In this document: positions 48,443 through 60,023 of the stretch, one piece after another
Layout: the number at the start of each line of letters is the position of its first letter
Position numbering within the stretch: position 1 is the stretch's first letter
From: Chthoniobacterales bacterium
GTDB taxonomy: Bacteria > Verrucomicrobiota > Verrucomicrobiia > Chthoniobacterales > Chthoniobacteraceae
Assembly (NCBI GenBank): GCA_038207335.1
Contig: JBBQZX010000015.1
Coordinates: 1 to 64,000, forward strand
Direction: 5' to 3'
DNA: 64,000 nt
Program-made: the position numbers and the translations under genes
Notes under the pieces: model-generated
Databases searched by the model: none
Told to the model about the DNA's origin: nothing
The model's input: only the letters and a program-made list of their open reading frames with translations

Positions 48443-49360
48443 TCAGTCCTCGCGATTTGGCACGGCTTGGTCGCTGAGTTGCATTTTGATCTCGTAGCGG
48501 GCGGCGCAGAGGCAGCCGCCGAGGATGATGATGGCGCCGGAGAGGTAGATCCACATGAGGAGCGCGATGACGCTGCCAAAGGTGCCGTAGAGTTTGTTGA
48601 AGTTTGCGAAATTCTGGATGTAGAGCGCGAAGCCCCACTGCACGAGGCCGAGGCCGACGGTCACAATGAGCGAGGCGAGCCAGACCTCGCGGAATGTCGT
48701 GCGGCGGCGCGGCGCATATTTATAAAACATGGTGAAGCCGTAGTAGAGCACCACTGGAGAGACGAGCAGCCGCAGGATGCGGAATACCTCCGCCATCCAT
48801 TTGAAGTCGAGCCCGACCTGCCAGGAGTTTTTCCAGTAGAGGTCGCGGATTTGATCGACCACCGCCGGGAGCACGATGCCGAAGAAGAGGGCGCTCGCGA
48901 GGATGGCGACCATGAGGAGGTTTTTAATCGGGAGGCGCCACCAAGAGTATTCCTTCGTCCCCCACGCGCGGTTCACACCGTGGACGAGGCTCTGGAAAAA
49001 GCGGAGGGAGCTCCAGGCGAGGACGCCGAATGCAATAAAGCCGGCCTGGCTGCGGGATTTCAGGGCGCCATTGATCGTGCTGACGAGGGACTCGCCGACT
49101 TCCACGCTGTCGGGGAGGTAGTGGGTCAGCTGCTCGGTGATCGTGTCGGAGGCGGCCTGCTGATTTCCGAGGAACATGGAGCCGAGAGTGATGAGGAGCA
49201 CGAGCAGCGGGAAGAGCGCGAAGAAGGCGTAGTAGGCGAACGATGCGGCGCGCTGTTCGCCGTCGGTCTCGTCGTATTTCCTGATCGCGCGCCAGAGCAC
49301 GGCCCACGTGTTTTTGGCAAACGCGCGCAGGGGCGGCGGGATGCGATTCAGGGCGTTCAT
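48443..49360 (-). CDS. YihY/BrkB family membrane protein
   Basis: AASFAYYAFFALFP and YGTFGSVIALLMWIYLS. Start trimmed to ATG 49360. Confidence 0.92.
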   Translation of the reverse strand: MNALNRIPPPLRAFAKNTWAVLWRAIRKYDETDGEQRAASFAYYAFFALFPLLVLLITLGSMFLGNQQAASDTITEQLTHYLPDSVEVGESLVSTINGALKSRSQAGFIAFGVLAWSSLRFFQSLVHGVNRAWGTKEYSWWRLPIKNLLMVAILASALFFGIVLPAVVDQIRDLYWKNSWQVGLDFKWMAEVFRILRLLVSPVVLYYGFTMFYKYAPRRRTTFREVWLASLIVTVGLGLVQWGFALYIQNFANFNKLYGTFGSVIALLMWIYLSGAIIILGGCLCAARYEIKMQLSDQAVPNRED

Positions 49361-49369
49361 CGGTGCGAC

Positions 49370-49429
49370 CGTAGGCAGCGTGCCCGACGCTGCCAATGTT
49401 GCAGGCGTGCCGGGAGCGATTAGCCTACG
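49370..49429. repeat. GTAG-type REP-like palindrome
   Basis: cgtaggcagcgt-gcccg-acgctgcc...gcctacg. Confidence 0.45.
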
Positions 49430-49435
49430 CCGCCA

Positions 49436-52400
49436 ATGCCGGACACCGCGGAGCCCGCTCCCACTCCCCAACCACCGAAACCGCACCGCCGCTGGCTGCG
49501 GCGCACGCTGTGGTCGCTGCTCGCGATTTTCCTCCTCGTCGCGATTTTTCATCGTCCGCTTTTCCACGCCGTCGTGCGGCTCGTGGTCATCAAAGTCGCG
49601 GCACGGCAGCACCTCACGGTCGATCTGCATTTCTCCGGCAGCATCTTTACGAATCTCGCAGTCGATGGGGTCCGCGCGCGTCCAAATGGCAGCGGGCCGT
49701 CGCCGGTGGATCGCATCGACATCGAGCATATCCGGCTCGACTACAGCCTCATCGCGCTGGCCAAGAAAGGCGTCGGGGAATTTCTGCAGAGCTACGAAAT
49801 CAAAAACGCCGATCTCGTTTTCACGGCCCAGCCCAGCAAGGACGAGAAGGAGAAAGCGCAGAAGAAATCGCTCGCGCAGGACCTGAACAACCTCCTCGCG
49901 CAGCCCGCCGCTTACGCCGACCGCGTGCGCATCGACAACTTCAACATCATCCTCCACTCCGCAAAGGGCGACATCGCGGTGAAGGGCATCGACATCCTGC
50001 TCGACCCGGAGAAGACGGGCTTTTTCAAAGTGGCGCGCGTGGAGGTGCCGGGGGTGCCGGTGTGGGAAAATCTCGCCGCGGAGACGAGCTACGTTGGGCG
50101 GAATCTTTACATCCGCGGGCTCCAGCTCGCGCCGGAGGTCGTGCTGGATGAGGTGAATTTCGACGCGTCGCAGCGCGCGCAAAACAAGGGGAGCACCTCG
50201 CTGCACGCGCATGTCTTCGGCGGCACGCTGGCGCTCGCGTTGTCCGGCTCCGAGCTGAAAAAGAAGGGCAAAAATCTCGACCGGAGCTACGACACGCACC
50301 TGACCGTGGAAGCTGCGGATATGTCGGTCGCGGATGCTGCGGCGTATTTCAAAACGCCGCCGGTGCCGGTGGAAAAGCTGGCGAAATTGTCGGTGAGTTT
50401 CGCCGGTGAACCGGAGTCGCCGAAGACGTGGGATGGCGGAGCGACTGTGCGCGTCGAGGGCATCAAGGCGGGGCCGCTACTGGTCGATTCGTTCTCGACG
50501 AATGCGACTTTCAAGAACGGAAAAGCCGAGCTGACGGCGGGCAATGTGACGATCGGGAGGAACACGGTCGCGCTCACCGCGACCGCCGCGCTGCCGGAGT
50601 CGGTGAACGACTTTCCGCAGAGCGGGGTGGAGGCAAATGTGAAGGTCGACGCGCCCGATCTCGCCGCGCTGACGGGCACAATGCCGGAGCCGCTCGCGGG
50701 CTCGGCGACTGGCGATGGGAAAGTTTCCTACGAGAAAAAGCACGTCACCGCGGACATCTCGCTCGCAGCGAAGGGCGTCGAGAACAAGCAGCTCGGCGTG
50801 GGCACGGCGGCGGTGCATTTCGACGGCTCGACGACGCTCGGTGAGGCGGCGAACGACGCGATCAAGAACCTCGACGGGCACATCACTGCCGACCTGTCGA
50901 AGCTGCGCTTTCAGACATTCAACGCCGACTCCGCGAGCCTCGACGTCCTCGCGCACGAGAGCGTCGTCACTTTGAAAAAGGTCGCGCTCCTGCGGTCGGA
51001 AAACTCCGTGTGGGCGAGCGGCACGTATCGCGTGCCGGAGGATTTGAGCAAGGCCGCGGCGGCACCGGTTGATGCACAGTTTTCGATCAAGGTGCCGAAG
51101 CTCGAGGACTTCGGAATCGCGGTGAAAGACAAGACCGTGAGCGGGCATCTCGACGGCGACGGCGCGGTGAAGATGGTGGATGGAAATCCGAGCGGAAATG
51201 TGCGGGTCGAGGGCGGGGATTTTACGATCGGCGACTTCAAGACGGGGCCGCTCGTGATCAAGGCTGCGGTCGCGGACAACGTGGCGACGATCGAGCAGAT
51301 CACGCTGAATTTCAGCCCGACGGCGACCATCGCGGTGTCGGGAAAGGCGGGCGTGAAGGCTCCGTTTTTGTATGAAGGCGGCGCGGCGGTGAGCATCGAG
51401 AACCTCTCGGTTTTCCAGCCGCTGCTCGACGTCTTCGGGATCAAGGAACCAGTGAAAGGTGCGGTGCAAATCGACTGGAACGGAAAAGGCGAAGCGCCGG
51501 AGAACAAGGATGCCACACCATCCGCGGACCACAGCGGCGACGTGAGCATCGCGGTGACGAAGGCCGGTTACGGAAAGTTCGACCTGAACGAGTTCAAACT
51601 CGCGGGCATTTACGGGCCGGGCTTCGCGCAGTCGTCGGAGTTCAAAGTTGTGGTCGGCCCGACGAACTTCAACGCGGCGCTGGAGCTAAAGGAAGGGAAG
51701 CTGCGGCTGCGCGACATCGCGCTCGCGCAAGGCACGCTCACGGTGCTCACCGGCTTCATCATCGTGCCGATCGACCTGAACAATCTCTCGCAGCCCGTGC
51801 CGCTCGATCAGCGGCTCGCAGTGAACGTGAACACGAAAGATTTGGACATCGAGCAACTGCTCAAGAGCTTCGGCCAGACCGCACCGGTTAGCGGCGTGGT
51901 GACGGCAAATTTCCTCGCGGGCGGCACGGCGCTCCAGCCAACGGCGCACGTCAAAATCACGGGGCGCAAATTGAAGTCGAGCGCAGCACCGCAGTTCGAC
52001 GCGGCGGAACTCGATCTCGCGCTCCACTACTCGCAAAAGGAACTCACGCTCGACACGACCGTGCGCCAGCCGCTCATCCAGCCGCTCACGATCAAGGGCC
52101 GCGTCCCGCTCGACATCGAAGCCGTCGTGGAGGCAAAGAAGATCGACCCAAATCTGCCGATCGACGTGAGCGTGAAGCTGCCGCCGACCTCCCTGGCAGT
52201 CGTGCCGAAACTCGCGCCAGCGGTGCGCCGGATCGATGGAAATGTAAGCATCGATGTCCACGCCGGGGGCACCGTTGGGAAGCCGGAATTGAGCGGCTCC
52301 GCGAACGTGAAAATCACGTCTGCGCGGCTCGCGAATGAAGCCGTGCCCGCCATCGGAGGGTTTCAGGCGGACCTCGGATTCGCGGCAGACACGCTCACTT

Positions 52401-53401
52401 TCAAGACCTTCCGCGGTGAGATCGGTGGCGGCACTTTCAATCTCGGCGGCACGCTGAAATTTCCAAAAATCGCCGAGCCCGACTTCGACCTGAAGCTGAC
52501 CGCGAAAGACGTGCTCGCGGTGCGCAATGACTCGGTGACAGTGCGCGCCGACACCGATTTGAAACTCGTCGGCCCACTCGCGGCGGCGACGGCAAGCGGC
52601 ACCGTCTTCATCACGAACAGCAAGTTCTTCCGCGACATCGACATCCTGCCGATCAGCCTGCCCGGACGTCCGAAGCCGAAGCTCAATCCGCGCTCCGCCC
52701 CGAGCGGCAAAAACATCTCTTTCGACAAGCCGCCGCTGCGCGACTGGAAGTTCGACATCGATATTAAGACGAAGAATAACGACCCATTTCGCATCCGCGG
52801 AAATCTCGCCAACGGCGCTGCCGCGGTGGATCTAAAATTCGCGGGAACCGGCCTGGAGCCTTACTTGGAGGGCAGCGTGCGGGTGGACGATTTCGTAGCG
52901 TCGTTGCCGTTTAGCAAACTCACGGTCACGCGCGGCTTCATCTATTTTAAAAAGGACGCGCCGTTCGAGCCGGTGCTCGATTTGCAGGCGGAGGCGAATA
53001 TGCGCGACTACCGCATCCAAGCTTACATCTCGGGCAGTGCGACCGACCCGCAGGTCACGCTGACGAGCGAGCCGCCCCTCGCGCAGGCGGACATCGTCTC
53101 GCTGCTCGCGACTGGCGCGACCGCATCGGAGCTGACCGGAAATCCCGACGTGCTCGCGGGCCGCGCGGTGGTGCTCGTCTTCCAGCAGCTCTACCGGAAG
53201 ATTTTCAAGAAGAAGGAACCGTCGGAGGAGGAGTCGCTGTTCGACCGATTCAGCTTTGACGTCGGCGCGACCGATACGCAGACCGGGCGGCAGGAAGTGA
53301 AGGCGACATTTAAGCTCGGCGAGCAGCTTTACCTCGTCGGCGAGATCGACGTGACGGGCGGCTTCACGGGTCGCGTGAAATATTTGCTGCGATACCGATG
53401 A
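49436..53401 (+). CDS. tamB: TamB/AsmA-family translocation and assembly protein
   Basis: N-terminal anchor and long beta-rich body. C-terminal P.LDLQAE..SGSATDPQVTLTSEPPL..ADIVSLL. Overlaps the Omp85 gene. Confidence 0.85.
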   Translation: MPDTAEPAPTPQPPKPHRRWLRRTLWSLLAIFLLVAIFHRPLFHAVVRLVVIKVAARQHLTVDLHFSGSIFTNLAVDGVRARPNGSGPSPVDRIDIEHIRLDYSLIALAKKGVGEFLQSYEIKNADLVFTAQPSKDEKEKAQKKSLAQDLNNLLAQPAAYADRVRIDNFNIILHSAKGDIAVKGIDILLDPEKTGFFKVARVEVPGVPVWENLAAETSYVGRNLYIRGLQLAPEVVLDEVNFDASQRAQNKGSTSLHAHVFGGTLALALSGSELKKKGKNLDRSYDTHLTVEAADMSVADAAAYFKTPPVPVEKLAKLSVSFAGEPESPKTWDGGATVRVEGIKAGPLLVDSFSTNATFKNGKAELTAGNVTIGRNTVALTATAALPESVNDFPQSGVEANVKVDAPDLAALTGTMPEPLAGSATGDGKVSYEKKHVTADISLAAKGVENKQLGVGTAAVHFDGSTTLGEAANDAIKNLDGHITADLSKLRFQTFNADSASLDVLAHESVVTLKKVALLRSENSVWASGTYRVPEDLSKAAAAPVDAQFSIKVPKLEDFGIAVKDKTVSGHLDGDGAVKMVDGNPSGNVRVEGGDFTIGDFKTGPLVIKAAVADNVATIEQITLNFSPTATIAVSGKAGVKAPFLYEGGAAVSIENLSVFQPLLDVFGIKEPVKGAVQIDWNGKGEAPENKDATPSADHSGDVSIAVTKAGYGKFDLNEFKLAGIYGPGFAQSSEFKVVVGPTNFNAALELKEGKLRLRDIALAQGTLTVLTGFIIVPIDLNNLSQPVPLDQRLAVNVNTKDLDIEQLLKSFGQTAPVSGVVTANFLAGGTALQPTAHVKITGRKLKSSAAPQFDAAELDLALHYSQKELTLDTTVRQPLIQPLTIKGRVPLDIEAVVEAKKIDPNLPIDVSVKLPPTSLAVVPKLAPAVRRIDGNVSIDVHAGGTVGKPELSGSANVKITSARLANEAVPAIGGFQADLGFAADTLTFKTFRGEIGGGTFNLGGTLKFPKIAEPDFDLKLTAKDVLAVRNDSVTVRADTDLKLVGPLAAATASGTVFITNSKFFRDIDILPISLPGRPKPKLNPRSAPSGKNISFDKPPLRDWKFDIDIKTKNNDPFRIRGNLANGAAAVDLKFAGTGLEPYLEGSVRVDDFVASLPFSKLTVTRGFIYFKKDAPFEPVLDLQAEANMRDYRIQAYISGSATDPQVTLTSEPPLAQADIVSLLATGATASELTGNPDVLAGRAVVLVFQQLYRKIFKKKEPSEEESLFDRFSFDVGATDTQTGRQEVKATFKLGEQLYLVGEIDVTGGFTGRVKYLLRYR

Positions 53402-55470
53402 GCCGATTTTCCAGCTTCCCGCTGCGTGCCGCTGCGTGCACTTGTTTCCTCCTGACGATGGCCGCCGAGTCGCCCGCGATCTGGCCTTTTCGCAAAACAA
53501 AAAAGGACATCTCGCAGGAGCCAGCTCCGGGTGAATCGGCCGCGAATATCGAATTCATCGGCAACCGCAGCTTTACGCCGGACGAGTTGCGCAAGCCGCT
53601 GGTAGAGTCCAACCGCGAGATCGTCGAGCGCGGCTTGAGCAAGGCGCGGGCGGACGACACGGCGTATTACCTCGCGGTTTTTTACCGCAAAAATGGCTTC
53701 GCGAAAGTCGAGGTGAACTACGACATCCGCGGGAATTTCCTGATACTGCGCATCGACGAAGGGCCCCGAGCATACCTTCGTGCCGTCACTTTTCACGGCA
53801 ACAAGGAGATCCCCGAGCTCACACTCTACGACTACATGGTCGGCGCGACGAAGGAGCGGCTGGCGGAAAGCGCGAACACTTTTCCTTACGTCGAGGGCGA
53901 CGTACAAAGCGGCGTCGAGCATGTGCGCGGGCTGTATGAATCGGAGGGGTTTCTCGATGTCGTGATCGATCCGGCGAAGGTCGATCTCTCGAATGACGGC
54001 ACACACGCCGATGTGTCCGTGACGGTCCACGAGGGACGCCGCTACATGTTTGGCGAGGTGCGTTTTGCCGGGAATACCATCTTTCCGCGCGAGGAACTCA
54101 TGAAGGGGCTCGGCGAGACGCTGGAGAAACCGTTCACGCCACAGCGGCTCAATGAGATGGAGCGTAACCTCCAGTTTTTCTACAAATCACACGGCTACTA
54201 CAACGCGAAGGTCGATTCCGCGGGCGATCCGAAGCAGGCGTCGGGCGGGCGCGTTCCGGTCGTTTTCACCGCGATGCCGCACCAGCTTTTCCGCTTCAAT
54301 GGCGTAACGGTGCAGGGGCTTGACAGGCTGAAGCCGAGCTTTTTGCCGAAGCGTTTCGCGCCGCTGAAAGGCGAGATTTACGACCCAGCGAAGCTCGATG
54401 AGAAATATCGCGAGCTGCTGCGGACGGGACTCTTCAAGAACCTGCGCGTCAATTCCTTGCCACAGGAAGACGACACCATCCGGCTCGATCTCACGGTCGA
54501 GGAGGCAAAGGCGAAGGAACTCGGATTCACGATCGGCGCGGGTTCATACGACGGCGTCTCGGCGGGCTTGCGGCTCGGGGATCGTGATTTCATGGGCAAC
54601 GGACGCCCGCTGACTTTCAATATCGACGTCTCGCAGCGCGGCTCGAAAGGCGAATTGCTTTACGTTGATCCGTGGCTCTTCGACGGCAAGAATTCGCTGC
54701 GCGCGCGCCTTTTCGCGCAAAGCCGCACTGAGGTCGGATACTCAAAACAGGAGTTCGGATTTCGCGCCGACATTTTGCGGAAACTGACGAAGAACGTGGA
54801 AGTCGGCGTTTTTCTGCAGGTGAAGCAAGTGACGATCACAGAGTCGTTCATTGTCCCGGAATTTCTCGGGCCGGAAAATTACGTCATCGCCTCGCTCGGC
54901 CTCACGCAGAGCTTCGACTTTCGCGACCCGACTCCGGTCGCTCCAAAGCGCGGCTGGATCATCACGACCGCGCTCGATCTCGATGCGCTCTCGAGCAGCA
55001 TCGCGTTTGGCCGGGCGACCGTCCGAGGCAGTTACTATATGCCTTTGAGCGAGAAGGTGATGGTGGCATTCGGCGCGCGCGGGGGGCTCATTTTGCCGTT
55101 CACCGAGGTGCCGATCGACGAGCGGTATTTCAACGGCGGCTCGACGACAGTGCGCAGTTTCCGCGAGCGCAGGCTCGGACCATTCGACCGCCACGGCAAC
55201 CCGATCGGCGGCCAGGCATTCACCGCTTTCAATGCCGAGCTAACCTTCCCGCTCTACGGTCAACTGCAGGGCGCGGTCTTCGCTGACGCCGGAAATCTAA
55301 TCGCGACTTCAAGCGACGCTGGCGTGCAGGAAATGCGTTACGGCATCGGTATCGGCGTCCGCTACGCCCTCCCGATTGGCCCCTTGAGGCTTGACCTCGC
55401 CCTCAATCCCAACCCGCGGGACCAGGAGGCCATCGGCGCATTCCACTTCACATTCGGCATCGCGTTTTGA
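53398..55470 (+). CDS. BamA/TamA (Omp85) outer membrane protein
   Basis: POTRA repeats, GGSTTVRSF, PIGPLRLD and terminal Phe. Confidence 0.92.
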   Translation: MSRFSSFPLRAAACTCFLLTMAAESPAIWPFRKTKKDISQEPAPGESAANIEFIGNRSFTPDELRKPLVESNREIVERGLSKARADDTAYYLAVFYRKNGFAKVEVNYDIRGNFLILRIDEGPRAYLRAVTFHGNKEIPELTLYDYMVGATKERLAESANTFPYVEGDVQSGVEHVRGLYESEGFLDVVIDPAKVDLSNDGTHADVSVTVHEGRRYMFGEVRFAGNTIFPREELMKGLGETLEKPFTPQRLNEMERNLQFFYKSHGYYNAKVDSAGDPKQASGGRVPVVFTAMPHQLFRFNGVTVQGLDRLKPSFLPKRFAPLKGEIYDPAKLDEKYRELLRTGLFKNLRVNSLPQEDDTIRLDLTVEEAKAKELGFTIGAGSYDGVSAGLRLGDRDFMGNGRPLTFNIDVSQRGSKGELLYVDPWLFDGKNSLRARLFAQSRTEVGYSKQEFGFRADILRKLTKNVEVGVFLQVKQVTITESFIVPEFLGPENYVIASLGLTQSFDFRDPTPVAPKRGWIITTALDLDALSSSIAFGRATVRGSYYMPLSEKVMVAFGARGGLILPFTEVPIDERYFNGGSTTVRSFRERRLGPFDRHGNPIGGQAFTAFNAELTFPLYGQLQGAVFADAGNLIATSSDAGVQEMRYGIGIGVRYALPIGPLRLDLALNPNPRDQEAIGAFHFTFGIAF

Positions 55471-55480
55471 CGCGTGAAAA

Positions 55481-56101
55481 TCACGCGGCGCAGATGTGCG
55501 GGCGCTCCGGCCCTACGCGGAGTTTCAGCCCAGCTCGATAGAACATGAAAATCGCGACGGCCTGAATGAGGTGGTGGAGGTCGTTGTGATTGAAGTGCGG
55601 GGAAAGGCTCCATTACATTTGCTGGAAGGTCGCGGCGACTGCGGAGCGCGCGACCTCGCCGAGCATCGGCCCGCGCCACGGTCGCGCGGTGCGGATCGAC
55701 GCGACGGCGAGCGTGATCATCGCGAGGCCATAATCGATGATCGCGACGAGGAAGATCGGCACCGCGATGCCAATCGCCGCGAACGAGCCAAACTTCAGCC
55801 ACACACGCGACGAGCCGGAGCAAACTCATGAACGAGTGTCAGCGACTTCGCGGCGCTGGTGAGGCTGATGAGCAGGAGCGTCCCGCGCCACAGCGCGGCA
55901 CTCGCGGCCTCACCGAGTTGAGGGCCGAAGCCGGGTCCAACGAAAGCGGCCGCGCCGCTGAGGCAGAGCGCGCGACTCAACCAACGGCGCGGAGAACTCG
56001 CCATCTGCGCGATTTTCCAACCACAAAAAACGCTGAGGAATGCGGGCAGGTAATCGGTCAGCAGCGTCGCCGGCTCGTGTAGCCAGCCAGTGCAGCATCA
56101 T
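55481..56101 (-). pseudogene. Frameshifted multi-TM membrane protein (resembles DUF6962 family)
   Basis: Fragments across frames: LHEPATLLTDYL...; LWRGTLLLI; FLVAIIDYG; QQM*WSLSPHFNHNDLHHLIQAVAIFMFYRAG. At least three frameshifts and one in-frame stop. Confidence 0.65.
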
Positions 56102-56238
56102 TCCCGGAAGCAAAAAGGGTTCAGCGGCGAAGTGGAACTCGGGCAGTCCTCTTTCATCAACTCCGAACTTCGTAATCAGACCCGCCGCAAATTGGCAGCG
56201 AAACGCGACGGCACCGCGCATCGCCGAGTGTCAGGCAG

Positions 56239-56745
56239 CTAAGACGCTTTGACAAAAACTCCGACCAAAGGGCGCGGGTAGGGAGTGGGCGAGATGAAAT
56301 CGCTCACGAAACCTGTCGCGGTGCGGAGTTCGACATGGCCTGCATCGTCGCCGCCGTAAACCACCACTGCACCGATTGGCGCTTTCCGCGGATCGCTGAC
56401 GTTGAGCTTTTTGAAGCCGAATTTTTGCACCAACTCCGTGCCTGCCTGCTTCGCATAGGCACTCGTCGGGCGCGAGGAGACTAGGTGCGCGGCAAGCAGA
56501 GCGTCCTTCACGTAGCGCCAGCAGTACCATGTCATCTTCGGCTGCGCGCGCCGGATCGCGATTTCGGCTGCGCGGCGCATCCGGGCGTCGTACTTGAGTT
56601 CGCCGGACTGCGGGCCGAAGCGCTTCTGCTCCTCAGCGGTCAGCTTTCGCGCCGTCTTGTTGTCGAAAAGCGAATCTTTCGCGCGAGCAGGGACGAAGGC
56701 GGTAAGCAGCACGAGAAGGAGCAGCAGGGAAAAAAATCGAGGCAT
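56239..56745 (-). CDS. Secreted CHAP/NlpC-P60-like Cys-His hydrolase
   Basis: Signal peptide, YCWRYVKDAL and GAVVVYG...GHVE. Confidence 0.65.
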   Translation of the reverse strand: MPRFFSLLLLLVLLTAFVPARAKDSLFDNKTARKLTAEEQKRFGPQSGELKYDARMRRAAEIAIRRAQPKMTWYCWRYVKDALLAAHLVSSRPTSAYAKQAGTELVQKFGFKKLNVSDPRKAPIGAVVVYGGDDAGHVELRTATGFVSDFISPTPYPRPLVGVFVKAS

Positions 56746-56854
56746 CGCGTGGAATTTTGCGCGGAAGAGTAAACGGATGCGAGGGTTCGTCAACGGGGCG
56801 CGGGAGGAGGCGATCATAGTGTCGCTTTTAGCGGGAAACGGGCCACGGAAGTGA

Positions 56855-58006
<1,152 letters not shown>

Positions 58007-58041
58007 GCTTTTCGCTCCGCGGAAAGTCGCAAGCTTCAGTG

Positions 58042-58078
58042 CGCCCGCCATCGGCAACGATGGCGGGCGTTTTTTTTT
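58042..58078 (+). terminator. Rho-independent terminator after gap
   Basis: cgcccgccatcg-gcaa-cgatggcgggcg followed by T9. Confidence 0.9.
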
Positions 58079-58208
58079 GCAGTGGTTTTGAGCGAAAATA
58101 CTCCTGAAACCGGGAGTGCGCGTGAATGAAGCTCCGGGGTAGCGCAGTGCTCTCGGAACAAAGCCGCCCGCACTCGACGCCTTTTCGAAACGCTGTTACC
58201 ACGCCCCG

Positions 58209-58619
58209 ATGGAACCGAAGACCGCACCGTCGCCCCTCACCGTCCTCATCCTTTGGGTGCTCTGGTTCAGCTTCATGATCGGCATCGTTTTCATCAACCT
58301 CTTCCTCGGCCAGGACACCGCCAGCCATCACGCCGTGATTCCGAACGAAGGCGCATGGTTCGCCGCCGCCATTCCCATCTTCATTAGTGCGATCCTCCGT
58401 TGGATCGTACTGCCGAAAGTGCGCGACCCGCAAAAGCTGCTCACCACGATGATCCTCGGCATCTCCACGGCCGAAGCGGTCACCTTTTTCGGGCTCTTTT
58501 TGTTTCCGGCGCATCGAGTCGAGCTCTGCATCCTCAGCGCGCTCGGGATTTTTCAATTCATCCCGACCTACGCCCGCCGCCAACTCGGGCTTACCGACTC
58601 CGCCAGCCTGCGCGAGTAG
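58209..58619 (+). CDS. Hypothetical 4-TM membrane protein
   Basis: Four hydrophobic segments; codon style matches the host. Confidence 0.75.
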   Translation: MEPKTAPSPLTVLILWVLWFSFMIGIVFINLFLGQDTASHHAVIPNEGAWFAAAIPIFISAILRWIVLPKVRDPQKLLTTMILGISTAEAVTFFGLFLFPAHRVELCILSALGIFQFIPTYARRQLGLTDSASLRE

Positions 58620-58622
58620 CAC

Positions 58623-58682
58623 TGGAGGGCATCGCGCCGTCGATGCCAAGCCACCCGGCACCTACAAGCCCAGCGCCCTCCA
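58623..58682. repeat. REP-like palindrome
   Basis: tggagggc...gccctcca enclosing ggcatcg-cgccgt-cgatgcc. Confidence 0.5.
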
Positions 58683-58802
58683 TTCCGAGATCCCCGTCCG
58701 CCTTCGCCGCTTCGTTCAGCGGCGGTGAAAATCGAACCGCCCCGAGGCCCAAAGTGCTTGTCTTTGTCCCCTCGCCCGCGCTTTCTTTCGCCCCTCATTT
58801 TT

Positions 58803-60014
58803 ATGCCAAAACTTTCCGTCCGCGATCTCGATGTCTCAGGAAAACGCGTGCTTGTCCGCGTGGATTTCAACGTCCCCGTTGAAGAGGAAAACGGGCATGT
58901 CCGCATCACCGACGACACGCGAATGCGCGAAAGCCTGCCGACGATCGCGCTGCTGCGCGAAAAGGGAGCGAAGGTGATTTTGATGGCGCATTTCGGGAGG
59001 CCGAAGGGCGAGCCGAATCCTAAATACTCGCTGAGGCCGATCGCCGATCATCTGCACACGCTCATCGAGCATCCGGTAATTTTCAGCCACGACACGACCG
59101 GCGAGATTCCCGAGAAGATCATCGCGCACATGCAGCCGGGCGATGTCGCGCTGCTTGAAAATGTCCGCTTTCACGCAGGCGAAGAAGCGAACGATCCGGC
59201 GTTCGCGGAGCAGCTAGCGAAGCTCGGCGACATCTTCGTGAACGACGCATTCGGCGCGGCGCATCGCGCGCACGCATCGACGGCGGGCATCGCGGAATTC
59301 ATCGAGCAGTCCGCGATGGGGCTGCTGATGGAAAAAGAGCTGAAGTATTTGCAGGGTGAGCTGGAAAACCCTGCGAAGCCGTTTTTGGTCATCCTGGGCG
59401 GATCGAAAGTCTCGGACAAAATTGGCGTCATCAAGGCGCTCATGCAGAAGGCCGACACGTTTTTGATCGGCGGCGCGATGGCCTACACGTTCTTCAAGGC
59501 GCAGGGCATTCCGACAGGGAAAAGCCGCGTGGAAGCCGACAAACTCGACCTCGCGCTGGAGCTACTGGAACTCGCCAAGACTCGTGGAATCAAGTTTCTG
59601 CTACCGGTGGACAATCTGGAGACGACCGAATTCAGCGCGAACGCAACGCCCCGCGCAACGGAGGTTCACTCGACCAGCACCGGCATCGCAGCAGATCACG
59701 AAGCCGTCGATATCGGCCCGAAAACGATCGTGCTTTTCAGCAAGGAAATCGCGTCGGCGAAGACGATTTTGTGGAATGGGCCGGTCGGTGTTTTCGAACT
59801 CGCGCCTTTTGCCAAAGGCACGCGCGGACTCGCCGAAGCGGTGGCTTCTAACAAGGACGCCGTATCGATCATCGGCGGCGGCGACTCGGTGACGGCGGTG
59901 AAGCAATTCGGGCTTGCGGATGAGATGACGTTCATCTCCACAGGTGGCGGAGCGTCGCTGGAATTGCTAGAAGGCAAAGCGCTGCCCGGAGTCTCGGCAC
60001 TCAGCGAGAAATAG
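58803..60014 (+). CDS. pgk: Phosphoglycerate kinase
   Basis: RVDFNVP, NDAFGAAHR, WNGPVGVFE and STGGGASL. Confidence 0.99.
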   Translation: MPKLSVRDLDVSGKRVLVRVDFNVPVEEENGHVRITDDTRMRESLPTIALLREKGAKVILMAHFGRPKGEPNPKYSLRPIADHLHTLIEHPVIFSHDTTGEIPEKIIAHMQPGDVALLENVRFHAGEEANDPAFAEQLAKLGDIFVNDAFGAAHRAHASTAGIAEFIEQSAMGLLMEKELKYLQGELENPAKPFLVILGGSKVSDKIGVIKALMQKADTFLIGGAMAYTFFKAQGIPTGKSRVEADKLDLALELLELAKTRGIKFLLPVDNLETTEFSANATPRATEVHSTSTGIAADHEAVDIGPKTIVLFSKEIASAKTILWNGPVGVFELAPFAKGTRGLAEAVASNKDAVSIIGGGDSVTAVKQFGLADEMTFISTGGGASLELLEGKALPGVSALSEK

Positions 60015-60023
60015 ACTTTTCCC

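Noticed and set aside
49361..50299. N-terminal extension of the 618-aa YihY ORF
   Set aside because: Overlaps tamB antisense; YihY homology begins near ATG 49360.
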